Positions 1 to 13,574 of a stretch of 64,000 nt of DNA are shown here, in pieces. Below the pieces are notes generated by a model. That model was not told where the DNA came from. It saw nothing but the letters and a program-made list of their open reading frames with translations, and did no database searches. This DNA is from Octopus vulgaris. Taxonomy: Eukaryota. Within the stretch, counting starts at the first letter, position 1, and each line of letters opens with the position of its first letter. The position numbers were made by a program, and so were the translations under genes. Where the stretch lies: positions 62,434,001 through 62,498,000 of the forward strand of contig OX597827.1 in assembly GCA_951406725.2 (NCBI GenBank). The letters run 5' to 3'.

Positions 1-423
1 ATATATATATATACATGCATGCTCATACATCTTCTATATTTTCTTTGCGTCAGCCATTGAACTTTGGGCTATCTCACACTGATGTACTGCATTCATTAGG
101 TGAGTTGAACACGTCAGCCTCCAGCATGGCAGCAGTCCAATGACTGTAACCGGTATCAGTGGTAAAATATAATGTAATTATCGATAATGCTAACGAAACT
201 GCTATTCACTCTGTTGCTATCACTGTTGCTAATTGTATTCTTTTTTAAAGGCAAAAAATATTCAAATGTCCATGGTTTCCTAAATTACTTTCCATTGACT
301 GTCAACTTTCCATTCCTCTCCATGTCAAGTATTATTCTCAGAATGCATTTGCAGTTTAATTTCCGATGTATATCACTACTTCGCAAGTGTTCACAATATA
401 TAATACTTCAAAAGCATTATATT

Positions 424-605
424 GCTTAGTGGCTGACGATATGTGCATCTCTGATCAGGAGCAGAAGTAATGAGGTAGCAACATAGTCGTGTGTTGAATG
501 GAATTCTTAGCGGTTTGGATAATTCACCTCTGGAAACATGGGTTTTTCGTTCAACATCCTTAAACAACCCTTATTCAGGGACCTTTTGAGCGGGATGCAT
601 TACTC
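424..605 (+). mobile_element. Fragment of a dispersed non-coding repeat (same family as 43867-44228)
   Basis: cttagtggctgacgatatgtgcatctctgatc...aattcac is the reverse complement of part of 43973-44075. Confidence 0.65.
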
Positions 606-665
606 TTCCATGTGTAATTTTTTAAAGCCAGGATCGGAGAACTTTATTAACCAATTACTTCAAAA

Positions 666-1620
666 TATTGGGTTGTCCGGAAAGTTCGTAACTTTTTACG
701 TCATCCAAGGAATTGAAATTTTACCATTACGACTATTCTGCAGAGACCTGAATAAGTGAAAATCCGAAGGAGCAATATCTGGTGAATATGGAGGGTTGGG
801 TAACACATCCCAGCCGAGCTGCAGCAGTTTTTGTCTGGTTCCCAAAGCATCAAGTGCCGAAAATGAACTGTCTTATCTTCCATTTTAAAGGGTTACAGAA
901 TTAACACAGGTTAATAAGCATAAACCAGACAAAAACTGCTGCAGCTCGGCTGAGATGTGTTACCCCACCCTCCATATTCACCAGATATTGCTCCTTCGGA
1001 TTTCCACTTATTCAGGTCTCTGCAGAATAGTCGTAATGGTAAAATTTCAATTCCTTGGATGACGTAAAAAGATACCTTGATGAATTATTTGCTATGAAAC
1101 CACCTTAATTCTGGGAAAGAGGCTATTTTCAACTTAAAGGAAAGATGGAGATGCATTGTGCAACAAAATGGTTCATATTTGGTTGATTAAAAATGTAATG
1201 GCAAGTATTTATTGACCTTTTTCTTTCCTTTAAAAATCGGCACGAACTTTCCGGAAAACCCAATATTTTGAAGTAATTGGTTAATAAAGTTCTCCGATCC
1301 TGGCTTTAAAAAATTACACATGGAAGACCAGTTTTAATCTTGCTTTTGAAGTATTATATATTGTGAACACTTGCGGAATTTTCTTCAGGTCGAGTAATGC
1401 ATCCCGCTCAAAAGGTCCCTGAATAAGGGTTGTTTAAGGATGTTGAACGAAAATCCCATGTTTCCAGAGGTGAATTATCCAAACCGCTAAGAATTCCAAA
1501 TGGAGGTGTAGTCTAAATGGAGGTGTAGTCAAATCCTATATGATGGATTCAACCATGTTTTAAAATAAGTCGAAAGGTAAGCTACTATAAATCGGCACGA
1601 ACTTTCCGGACAACCCAATA
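666..1620. mobile_element. Rearranged mariner deletion derivative (three TIR copies, inverted transposase fragments)
   Basis: TIR ttgggttgtccggaaagttcg at 668, reverse copies ending at 1263 and 1618, each next to TA. Fragments encode MEDKTVHFRHLMLWE (minus strand) and a PPYSPDIAPSDFHLFRSLQ motif (plus strand, ~965-1030). Confidence 0.85.
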
Positions 1621-2699
1621 TTTGTATTTACTCCGACGTTATCCCCATAATTTGAAAGGAAGAAAATCATAGATTCTTTGAATTCAAGAGTTTTATTGAA
1701 TCTATTTATACGTGCATTACATTGGACTGATGGGATGTTGCCAGAAGAAAAATTTCTTTCGTAAAAAAGAAGACATTTTTTTGGATAATTTTACTTACGT
1801 CCAATGAGTCCTCATTACCTCCCCACCTCAAGAATTTCATTTTTACCCGACTTGGGGTAATTTACTCCGGTTCGCCGACCCCTGGTTTAAAGAGTACTTT
1901 TACCCTTTATATGTTTTTAGAATAACCTGTCCATTCAGGGCCTTTTATTTATTAATTGGTTTCTCACAGGAAGGTCGAAAACATCGCAGCGAATCACCGA
2001 TTCCCTGCAATGAGAAAAATTCCAATCAGCAGACAATAAATTATCCCAGATTCGTTGCATCCTAAATATTTGAAAATGCTTTTCTCTGATTGGTCAATTT
2101 ATAATTTGGTTTTAACTTTCCAGAACGAATAATGGATGTTTATCTTTTGTTTTATTTTTCTTTTACGTTATTCGTGTTAATGGCGTCCTCTTTTAGAGAA
2201 AAAGAAAGAGAAAAAGAGAGAGAGAGAGAGAGCGACAAAGAGAGAAAGAGAAAGTGAGAGAAACGTATTTGTGAGTGAACGACAAGATATGTATGTCTGC
2301 GTATATGTGTGTACTGGTGTGCGTTGTATTTGGAGTAATACAGCGTGCTGCAGATAGCATTGACGAGGAGGTTGGGCACCAAATGGTTGTTTCCTGTCAT
2401 CCACAGTCTATTGTACACTACTGTTTTATATTGTTGTGCAACACGCAGTCCGTTTTTCATTGTAGATGCTTTTGGGAGAGCACATGGTTTGTTAAACTGT
2501 CAGACATTTCACATTTTTTGGAGACAGCGAATACAGTGGCAGATTTCAACCATTGTATTATCTACATTCTAATTTAACATATTTGAATTTTCCCGGTAGT
2601 AAATTTATATTAATGCACTCAGCCATCATTTATTATGTGGATACCGCCTGAGGTTTGCCTACTTTTCAACTAAGTCTACGTGGAAGCCACAAAATATAC

Positions 2700-2731
<32 letters not shown>

Positions 2732-2738
<7 letters not shown>

Positions 2739-3183
2739 GAAAAAAACCCCACCTTTTATCAATACAAAATGAACAGGTAAATTACACCATCTAGAAAATT
2801 ACATATAATAGAAATATTAAAATTAAAATAACAATAAAATGTCAATGATTAAGTAAATTGCAAAATAAATTATAATAAAAACGTATATAATTTATTAACA
2901 GAACAAGAACATATATTTTTGGGCTTTATTTTACTGGAATTATATACGTTTTTATTATTTTCTTTTGCAATTTACTTAATCATTGACATTTTATTGTCAT
3001 TTTAATTTTAATATTTCTATTATATGTAATTTTCTAGATGGTGCAATTTACTTGTTCATTTTGAATTGATAAAAGGTGTTTTTTTTTCTAATTTTTTATA
3101 TATATATTATATTGTGTGAAATTTTATTTAGTATTTCTAAATTGAATTTTTTCCTTGTAAGTTTGGATTTTATTCCCTCAAAT

Positions 3184-3247
<64 letters not shown>

Positions 3248-3540
3248 GCTTCACTGCGTATATACTGGCAAAGACGTGTGTGTGCAACAAACCTGAAAAA
3301 TTTCTCTTACCTCTAGGAAGAACATTCGATAAATGGACAACCTAGAATCGGATAATGTAGGACCGGTTTCTGACTTTTCAAATACGTTTGTCAACGTAAA
3401 TTTGATCAGTCTTCATCAGCTGCATTTACCTAGACAATATTTCAAATGTTGCTACATCAATGCCACTACACTCGCCTGAACGCTGAGCCGTGAACAGAAC
3501 GAGAACATATATTTTGGGGCTTTATTTTACTGGAATGTAA
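2732..3540 (-). mobile_element. Penelope-like non-autonomous element (inverted arms, direct repeat, hammerhead motif)
   Basis: Inverted arms 2732-2892/2938-3095; 44-bp direct repeat 2897-2940/3493-3536; hammerhead at 3355-3425; begins in (TA)n. Confidence 0.55.
3355..3425 (-). ncRNA. Type I hammerhead ribozyme motif
   Basis: Minus strand: atgcag CTGATGA a-gact-ga-tcaaa-tt-tacgtt-gaca-aacgta-tttga-aa-agtc-a GAAA ccgGTC ctacat. Stem I 5/6 paired, long stem II, palindromic ACCGGT stem III, GUC site. Confidence 0.75.
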
Positions 3541-3642
3541 TACATTTGTATTGCAATATTTTTTCATTGAAAACATTTTGCTGTCCTCGCCGTTACTTCA
3601 TAAGGAGTAAAGGGCTTAAGTAAGTGAATAAGTAAGTAAATA

Positions 3643-3963
3643 CAGTAGGACTTCGGTTTACGAATTTAATTCGTTCCTGAAGGCCATTCCTCACCTAAAA
3701 TGTTCGTAAACTGAAACTATTTTTTATATTGGAAATTCAAGACGAGGCACGGCGAATTCAAGCAGGGATGTGCACTGAGCGAAAGCTAGACAGCAACTGG
3801 TCCTCTCTTGCCGATACTCGCAGCTTGTTGTCAACCGTTGTTGCCGGCTTGCATGTTCATTACATGAGACGCTGTTCGTCATCCGAGATGTTTTATGTTC
3901 GAAACATTTTTCATAAATTAATTTATTCGTGATGAGAGGCATTCATAAACAGTGGCTCTTCTG
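3643..3963. mobile_element. Degenerate pogo/Tigger-like MITE
   Basis: TA|cagtaggacttcggtttacgaa ... ttcataaacagtggctcttctg|TA; imperfect ~22-bp TIR with TA flanks. Confidence 0.45.
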
Positions 3964-4620
3964 TAAATAAGTAGCAAATATATTTTTCCTCAGCGAACTC
4001 CTAGTGTATTAATGATATAATTTTTTTATATATTTGCGGTCGTGATACATATATAATCGATGATAATAATGATAGTTGCGGTAGGTCAGTGATCGTAATA
4101 TCGGTTGCTGATATTTCTGTTTCTTTGTGGTGATACTGATTAATATCTAGTAATAGGTGTCAACATCCTAACTGTTCCCGATATAAGCTACTGTTAATAT
4201 ATTCTGAACTTGTAATTAAATGAGTCAGCACGACTAGACAACAAAAATATTGATAGAATTTACACCATATCACATACAAGTTGCTGCAGATGCATACGCA
4301 ACATTTAGAATATATGACAAATAATTTGATAAAGATGGCTTCTATTTGTCACAAACACACACAAGCAGACAAGTTCTATAATTTGAAAACTATTATGAAA
4401 TAGCTACTGGCCAATTACGGCGATATCTAGCTTGAAAAGTACATAGCTTCAAAGCCCATAATTTCCATGATGTGAGGTTAAGAATCCCCCTTTGCAACCA
4501 CGTGACTACAGAGTTCAATCTCGCTACGTCACAGTTTGGGAACCTATTGTCTACTATAGCTCCACGACCAACAATGCTTTGTGAATGAAGTTGGTAGCAT
4601 AAAGTGTATGGAAGCCAGTC

Positions 4621-4687
<67 letters not shown>

Positions 4688-4721
4688 TACATATATATAT
4701 GTATGTATGTAAGTATATTTT

Positions 4722-4815
4722 TGTAATTGTCATTTTAGTAAATAAATAAATAAGTTGACATAATATGTCTAAAAGTTGATGAACCATCTATTGATCCCCT
4801 CCATTTTCTTATTGC
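4722..4815. repeat. Dispersed repeat fragment, inverted copy at ~59859-59950
   Basis: ttgatcccctccattttcttattgc vs gcaataagaaaatggaggggatcaa, plus matching adjacent sequence. Confidence 0.7.
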
Positions 4816-5019
4816 TCTATAAATTACACACACACACACACACACACACCCATATATGTATGTGTATCTATATATATGTATGTATGTGAAGGTTTGTTAG
4901 AGTAGGGGAGGACGATGAAGAACAATCCTAAATCTAGCTTTGAAGTGGAAAACTTGCTGGACCTGAAAGGCGAAAAAGACCAGAACTTTGCCTTAAAAAC
5001 TACTAAGAATGTATTTTCT

Positions 5020-5735
5020 CACTTGATTCAGTCTTTGCATAGCGGCCATGCTGGGGCACCGCTTTGGAAACTTCAGTCGAAAAAATTGAACCCCAGTATT
5101 TATGCTTTTATCTATCTTTTTGTAAATCTCTTATTCGATTGTCAAACCGATAAGTTATGGGAACATAAACGAACTAACACCGGTTTCCAAGTGGTGAGGC
5201 GGGGCTGAGAAACATATACACACAGGCGTGTCTGTGATGTAAGAAATTTACTTCCAAACCGCATGGTTTTGTGTTCGGTCTCGATGCATGGCACTTTGAG
5301 CAAATGTTTTTACTATAAACCGAGCCGAAAAAAGCCTTGTAATTTGATTTGGTAGACGGAAATAGAAAGATGACCTCATACGTTTGCATAATATCTGAAT
5401 GAGACTTTGTGTTTGACCCAATCACCGCTTGATAAATGGTGTTAGTTTGCTGTAACCTAGCGGTTCGGCAAAAGATTTAACAAATCTAAATGCTGGAGTT
5501 GATCTGTTCAAGTAAACACTAGAAGCCAGTGCCCCGGCATGGCCGCAGTTCAGTGACTGAAATAAGTAAATAAGTAAAAAAAGGTACACACAGCGGGATT
5601 CAACACGGTTTCCGTCTACTAAATTTCCTCCGAAACATTTGTCGGCCCAGGAAAACTGTGTAAAGCGCCGCACATTTAGATTGAACCCGATATCGTGTGG
5701 CTGATAACAAAGTTTTATGACCACACAGCCATGTC
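5020..5735. mobile_element. Cluster of decayed tRNA-SINE family A fragments (both orientations)
   Basis: Motifs gatttggtagacggaaa, cggttcggcaaaaga and gcatggccgcagttcagtgactgaaa match the intact copies at 52954 and 60703. Confidence 0.65.
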
Positions 5736-6020
5736 CACATTATGACCATGATTGCTTCTCTCACTCATTATACTTATGATTGGATTGTTATGACTCGAAA
5801 TGGACACACACACACACACACTTATATATAATTTACAAAACACTGTGAAACATACAAGCGTATATAATATACTTATACATACCTACATACCTGCATATAC
5901 ATACATACACACATACATACAAAACAAACACTCAAATACACACAAACACACATATATACATATATACACATATATACACATACATATATAAATACATAAA
6001 TACATGTATATTTACATATA

Positions 6021-6063
<43 letters not shown>

Positions 6064-6199
6064 ATGTATACAGTCGCATGTGCACGTATATACACACGTA
6101 CACAACCACACACACACACTACACGCAAGCGTACTCACGCACATACACATATATACACGTATGTAAGTACATATATACATCCACGTACAATCTCTTTAC

Positions 6200-6247
<48 letters not shown>

Positions 6248-6248
6248 G

Positions 6249-6284
<36 letters not shown>

Positions 6285-6385
6285 CGCAAATCCGAAAGAA
6301 GTCGTGAGCACACGCGATGTGTTTGCGAAGTGAGTGCATGTGTGTGTGTGTATGTGTGTGTGTATGTGTATGTTTGTGTGTGTAT

Positions 6386-6426
<41 letters not shown>

Positions 6427-6631
6427 CGTGTGTATGTGTATAAACCAATGGGGAGTTGGAAGAGTTGGTGTAAATTTCCAGCAAAAGTTCGTGTCTTGCA
6501 TAGAAATGACAATCTTTTTCTTCTCTTCGTATTCTTCAAACGTGATGTTACACGCAGAAGTGTTTGTGTATCTGTGCCTTGTCTGCGTATACACAGACTT
6601 CTGCGCGCACATATATCTATATCTTTATCTA

Positions 6632-6712
<81 letters not shown>

Positions 6713-6725
6713 GTCTATCTATCTG

Positions 6726-6801
<76 letters not shown>

Positions 6802-6811
6802 TGTATGTATG

Positions 6812-6842
<31 letters not shown>

Positions 6843-6854
6843 GCTTGTATATAT

Positions 6855-7258
6855 ACTAAAAATAAGGGTGTCTGAGAGACACCACCAAGCCGAAATAGCA
6901 GTCAAATCCCTGACTCTAAGAACCTTATATCTGTATTTATGTGCCCATCTGATATATTCAACTGATGAAGGCAGAGCTTATTTGAAGCAAAGCTAGAAAT
7001 CCAGGATCTTGAATTATTCAGTAATATTTTTTTGCCACTCTATTTTGTCCCTCTGTCTTATCTCATGGTGCGATATGAACATTGAAGGTGGTTTATAGAG
7101 TCAGGGATTTGACTGCTATTTCTGCATGGTGGTGTCTCTCAGACACCCTTATTTTTAGTCGTAAAAAATTTATTACCTTTGTATGGTATTTATTCCCATG
7201 CTGACCACTTGCTAATACCGATATTTAAATATCGATATTATCCTTATTCATAAATTTA
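6855..7258 (+). mobile_element. Penelope-like non-autonomous element with hammerhead between inverted arms
   Basis: 64-bp inverted arms 6855-6918/7096-7159; flanked by (TA)n; second family member at 16067-16285. Confidence 0.65.
6956..7014 (+). ncRNA. Type I hammerhead ribozyme motif (intact core)
   Basis: attcaa CTGATGA a-ggc-aga-gctt-atttg-aagc-aaa-gct-a GAAA tccaggATC ttgaat. Perfect 6-bp stem I, stem III ATC/GAT, AUC site. Confidence 0.8.
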
Positions 7259-7262
7259 TGTT

Positions 7263-7332
<70 letters not shown>

Positions 7333-7374
7333 TGTATGTATGTATGTATGTATGTATATATGTATGTATATGTA

Positions 7375-7408
<34 letters not shown>

Positions 7409-7409
7409 A

Positions 7410-7467
<58 letters not shown>

Positions 7468-7477
7468 GTATTTAAAA

Positions 7478-7687
7478 TGTGACCGCGTGTGTACCGTTGG
7501 CGATTTTTTTCCTCTGTCTTCCCTTCTCTGGATCTTTCCTTCTCCTATGTTTCTGACGAAGAGCTCCGCTCGAAACGCTAAACCCTCCTTCTTTCCTTCT
7601 TTCCTGAGCGTCCAATAATACTATATTTGTTGCACGTCCTCGCGTTGTTGTGTTCTTTTGTGCTTTCTTGTTTGGATTAACTTTATA
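7478..7687 (+). mobile_element. ~210-bp hammerhead-bearing repeat (inverted copy at 46746-46957)
   Basis: The two copies align end to end and both sit in TA-rich microsatellite. Confidence 0.8.
7549..7583 (+). ncRNA. Minimal hammerhead motif
   Basis: gttt CTGACGA a gagc-tcc-gctc GAAA cgct aaac; the sister copy has the palindromic GAAACGTT. Confidence 0.6.
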
Positions 7688-8039
7688 TACGTATTTATTT
7701 ATTTAGGCCAAGCACATGCGAGGAAAGACATGCCCGGTGTCGATTTTTGGTTGGGTATAAGGTGTGCGTCCTAGCCATGAAGACTTGAGATGAAGTTTGG
7801 TAATATGTGACATTATTCCAGAAGCTTGTCCTGTAATATATGACCACAGATCTTGGTGCTTGACTGACTATCATATTTGTAGCGACGTGGAGGTAGGCAA
7901 TGAGTAATGGAGTAATTAAAAATAAACATCCAAGTTGTAAGGACCTGCGAAGAAAAAACACAAGAATCCTCATTGAGCTGCTCACTGAGCTTGATGTTAC
8001 AGGGCAGAAAGCATAGCTGCAGCACATATTACAGTAATC

Positions 8040-8150
8040 GCTAAGGGTACTCGTGTCTGTGAAGTACTCAACCACTTGCACGTCATTTTCACGAGCAAGC
8101 TGTTCCGTTGATCGGATGAAATGGAACACACGTCGTCGTAGGCGACGGAT
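8040..8150 (+). mobile_element. Decayed 3' part of the SINE family at 42020-42404
   Basis: ttcacgagcaagctgttccgttgatcggat matches the reverse complement of 42057-42091. Confidence 0.6.
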
Positions 8151-8396
8151 TTTCAGTTAACAATAGTGGCGGTTGTAGCTATTAATGACAATGGTAATGC
8201 TGATAGTTTTTCCGTGTAGTAGTGTTTTTCTTTGTGGTGATTATGGTGGTTAAACTACTATGGTATAAGCGGTGCATAGCTCCTATTTCGTGTCATTTCC
8301 TTAGTCGTGATCTCTTATCTATTGGGTTCAATAATTATTCCTCGGTTGTTTGGAGTCAGGCGTGAGCGAGATAGAAAACAGTAACGCACACATATG

Positions 8397-8517
8397 CATA
8401 CGCACGCATACGCACGCATACGCACGCATACGCACGCATACGCACGCATACGCACGCATACGCACGCATACGCACGCATACGCACGCATACGCAAGCTTA
8501 CGCATGCATACGCACGC
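8397..8517 (+). repeat. (CGCACGCATA)n decamer tandem repeat
   Basis: About 11 direct units visible. Confidence 0.95.
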
Positions 8518-9214
8518 ACACATACGCTCAGTGCATACAGAGTATATAGAAATACACTCACACAGCCAGTACATAGACTTGTATGCTAAAACACCTACGC
8601 ACACGCAAACACACACAAAAATATGCATATGTGTGTGTATATATATATACAAATAAATATATAAATATACATCTACATCTACATATATATATATATATAT
8701 ATATATAGTTATCAGTAACAATGAAGGGTGAATCAGTATATATATATACATATGTGTGTGTATGACATGGATATATGTTTGCCTTATGCACTAGTATAAC
8801 AAATCTGTATAATATATAAAAGGCAGGATGTGTGTGTGTGTACGTGAATGTAATTTATGCACGTCCACAAATAAGCACACATGTCGCTCAAATTTTAGGA
8901 GGAAATTCGTCATAATCATAGCTGTGTTTTTGTCAACTTATTTTTACCAGAGGCACCAGCGAATAGCAGTAAAAATAAATTTTCAACGAAAACTTTTAAC
9001 AATTTTCAATTCGGATAACCATTGTTTGCAAACATGAGTTAAGTCCCCTTCTAGCGACGAGATAAGTTTTGTTAAGACTTTTGTTGTTTTTCTTCCATCG
9101 AGGAAAAAGTGTTTTGTTGATAGATGGGCAACACACAAACACACACACACGAACATACAAGAGTACATAAAACATGTATAAACAGGTGTATGTACGTACG
9201 TGTGTGCGTTGCCC

Positions 9215-9356
9215 ATATATATATATATATATAAAACAATTTCAACAGATTTCGCCCAAATTTGACGTCGATGTTACTTAGTTTGGTTTGAAATAAAGAA
9301 CTTGATTACCTAATAATCCTAACTTAATCCCGGGCAAAGCCGGGTTATACTGCTAG
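9215..9356 (+). mobile_element. Short non-autonomous Helitron-like element (3' end clear, 5' end uncertain)
   Basis: Hairpin cccgg-gcaaag-ccggg followed by ttatactgCTAG|T, the same end as 25015-25043. Confidence 0.6.
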
Positions 9357-10310
9357 TAACGAATAAAATAAATATGCACTTTATAAAAGAAGAGGTATGC
9401 ATTAAAGGGAGATCACGTCTTTTGCTGTTGTTGATGTTTTGTAGGAGTGTGATATAGAAACTACATTTAAAAACGCACCTATCACATTTTAAAATTGTAA
9501 TAGACGAGTTTTAACAATTTTTATAATCTAAATTCACTCGCAAATTTGGAAAATTCCATCCATTCTATACATGTTTGGACCTCTCTGCGTACATGATAGT
9601 TGTCAACTCGAAGACGAGTATGAACATCACTGACAAGTTACCTTATTCCAGATGTTAAAGACAATGAATGGCTGCAAGGAATGCCCGGGCTGAAATTTAT
9701 AATCAATAACAGCTTGCACAGCACCCTTAAAACTCCGAAAAAGTGAAGTGGTCCAGTAACAAGCAAGAGTAAAATTTCCGGTTTCACAATGAGGCGGGTG
9801 ATATTTCGGAATTTCCGTTATTAAGAGAGATGTCCAAACAAAGACTTGGTGCCTCTCACTCCCAGCTGTTGGATAGCCGATGGCTGTAATGTGTCCACCG
9901 GCTTTTTGATAAGGCTCATTATTCATCCTCCAGGGTGTCCAGCAAAAAAAAAAAACCAAAAAAAAACCCCCAGAAAAAACACCATCCTTACCAAGCAGGC
10001 TTCATAGGCTTCCGGTTTTATTTGTCCAGGGCCCAACCACGCAACACCTATATATATATATATCTAAATATATATTTATATGTATATATTCTGAGTCACA
10101 AACTCACATACAGATGTAGTTATTAGTCGAAAAGTTCCCGTGATGTAAGAGCATAGAATCTTGTGTTAATACATTTGTTAAACATTGACGAATTGCTTAG
10201 CATGGAACTTCTAGCCGTTGAATCACTGAAGATCGTCAACAAGTAAAAATTATAAACCTGGCTTTATGCATGGCATTTTTTTCTCTAGTTACTAATATAC
10301 GGTAGCGGCC

Positions 10311-10438
<128 letters not shown>

Positions 10439-10625
10439 ATGTATGTATATATATATATATATATATATATGTAAGGAACGACTATGGATTTTTTTCTATT
10501 ATACTCCTTATAATATATTTTTCGCCTTTTCAAGAACATGGATTCTATTGAATGTATATAGTATGGACTCTATTGAATGTATGTAACAATTATGAACTGT
10601 TCCATTATACCCTTTATTATAAATT

Positions 10626-10672
10626 TTTTTTTGATAAGGTTCGTTATTTCAAGAACCGAAACATGTAAAATT
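10626..10672 (+). ncRNA. Decayed hammerhead motif
   Basis: tttt TTGATAA ggttc-gttatttcaa-gaacc GAAA catGTA aaa. Perfect stem II and palindromic ACATGT, but two core transitions. Confidence 0.5.
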
Positions 10673-11271
10673 AAAATTTATTTAATATAGTGGCATTTTC
10701 AAACTTCTTTTTTACAAATATATGTATATATATATAGGCACAAAACACAATACACATACACACAGATATAACGTTCTCATTGGTGAGCATAAAGTTTCTA
10801 AACAGGACAACGTAAATTCGATGGATTGTTTGGTACCAATTATGTATCATGATCTAGAGATGTGGATTCGGGTCTCATCGGCAGCCTTTGATATTTCCTA
10901 TCCGAAGTGGTTTCTTACCCGTTATTTGAACAGCATTATCTATAGCGTTCTCTACTTTGGATTTTACCGTTCCCAAACAAGAATGATGGAATATGTAGCA
11001 GGTGAACACACACATACACACACACACATTCACACATTCACACACAGACACACACGCGGATATGTATACATTAGGCTTTCACGTAGCTTTTGTTTCTCAA
11101 ATTAATTCAGAAGGCATCGATCCGCCCAAGGTAATAGCAGAAGACAAGTACCAAATTTGGCGCGGAGTGAGACTGAGCCAGGAACAATTTGGTTGCCAAG
11201 AGCACTTCGAGCACTTCACAAAAACACAGTTATTCATAAACAAACACGCAGAGGGATAAACACACATATGC

Positions 11272-11336
<65 letters not shown>

Positions 11337-11353
11337 CTTGTACCTCTTTGTTA

Positions 11354-11399
<46 letters not shown>

Positions 11400-11412
11400 T
11401 ACACATACATAT

Positions 11413-11447
<35 letters not shown>

Positions 11448-12130
11448 CACGAACATATACATATATACATTCATACATATAATTGTATGTGTGTGCGTAC
11501 ACACACACACACATATATATATATACGTATATAAGAAGCTAAATACACAAACGTACTTTATTCCTGTTCCCACTGATTTCACTCACCCCACTCACATTCT
11601 ATATATGGCTATATATGGATATACTCGGCTGAATTTCTCTCTCTGTGTAATATATATATATATACATACACACACATATATATACATAAACGCATGCATA
11701 AATACTTATATGTATGCATATATGTATGTAGGCATGCATGCATATATGTATGAATGTGTAAATGGAATATTATGGCAGTGAAGATTACAAGGTACAGAGA
11801 TGACATAGAAATACCGCAGAAGTCACGATAACGAGACTCCACCATCTGATTAGTGGCAGATGGACCAACGTTGATGCATGTCACCTTGTGAGTTGATAGA
11901 GAAAGTAAAGGGAAACCACACCTACGTTTTTGTGCATAAGCATTTGTGTATGAATGTATATATATATATATATATGTAAAAAATATGTATATTTATATGT
12001 ATATGTATATATACCATGTGTCTATATATATATGTACATATGTGTATGTATATGTCTATATCATATTTGTATGAATTCATGTATGTTTGTACGTAAAGTC
12101 TTATATGTAAATATAGACATATATATATAG

Positions 12131-12206
<76 letters not shown>

Positions 12207-12243
12207 ATATTTATATTTGTATTTAGTTATATATGTATAAATA

Positions 12244-12279
<36 letters not shown>

Positions 12280-12282
12280 AAT

Positions 12283-12326
<44 letters not shown>

Positions 12327-12333
12327 ATACATG

Positions 12334-12393
<60 letters not shown>

Positions 12394-13154
12394 TATATTT
12401 GTATATACACAGTAAAATTAAAGAAAAGAGATTGGGAGAGAAATAGAGAGGGGGAGAGAGTTACTAGAAGTTAGAGAGGAAAGAGATAAATGGAGAAAAG
12501 GAGAGAAAGAGAAGGAGAGAAAGAATTAGAAAGTGAGAGAGGAAGAGAAAGAGAAGCGAATAAAAACACTCAAAAGTCGATTGTAGGAATAACTGCTGTC
12601 ACTTGTTCTCTGAGAAATGCAGTGAAGCATTGATTATCTCCCCTTAGGCTTCGCCTTCGGATCCGATCGTCTGATGAGGCTATTGTGCACAAATACGTGC
12701 CAAGCAACTCACACAGGACTAGAATTTTTACAAAGTCGTAGATACACACTCACTCACTCACTCACTCACTCACTCAATCACATATTATATATACGTGTCT
12801 GTGTGTGTAATTTTGTGTGTGTGGGTGCACGCATGCGCCATGAAACAATTCCAACACACAAACGGACACGCACACATACTCATGTGTAGAGCGAGAATAG
12901 TAAAAATAAGTAGAAAATAGAATGCAGTAAACTCTGATGAATGATATTGTGTGTATAGGAAACGAAAAGAAATCTCAGAACAGAGACGAGTTTTAATCAA
13001 TTGGGTCTCATCTGTTCGTGCTCTGTCCTTAGGCGAATAATGCAAAGCTCTCGTAACGTGCGGATGTCTGTTTGCTTGCTTGCTTTTCTTGCATGCTAGC
13101 ATTTGGGGAACAAACTTTTATGCGCAGAACAAATGTTCTCCGAGAAATCTCAAC

Positions 13155-13247
<93 letters not shown>

Positions 13248-13249
13248 CC

Positions 13250-13303
<54 letters not shown>

Positions 13304-13574
13304 TATATATATACATAGGGAACGAAGGGCTTAATCAAAAAAGAAAAACAAAAAAGTTAGAAAATGAATTCCAAAAGTTTCCACTGTAAACGATTCCATT
13401 TTATTTTACTACAATAAAGGTCTGTTCCCACTAATCACTGAGAGATAATAAATTATTGCCAATATATTTAAGAAAACCTATGTTAGGCCATCCCATATTT
13501 TAATTCTTGCAGGTAAAATTATGCGATTAAGACCAGCTAATGTTTCAATTAGAATGGTAAAGATCCACTTCGTT

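Noticed and set aside
9627-9959. 110-aa non-repetitive ORF, possibly a decayed LINE linker or host exon
   Set aside because: No recognisable motif or convincing splice sites.
12672-12720. CTGATGA as a possible hammerhead
   Set aside because: No correctly placed GAAA or stems.
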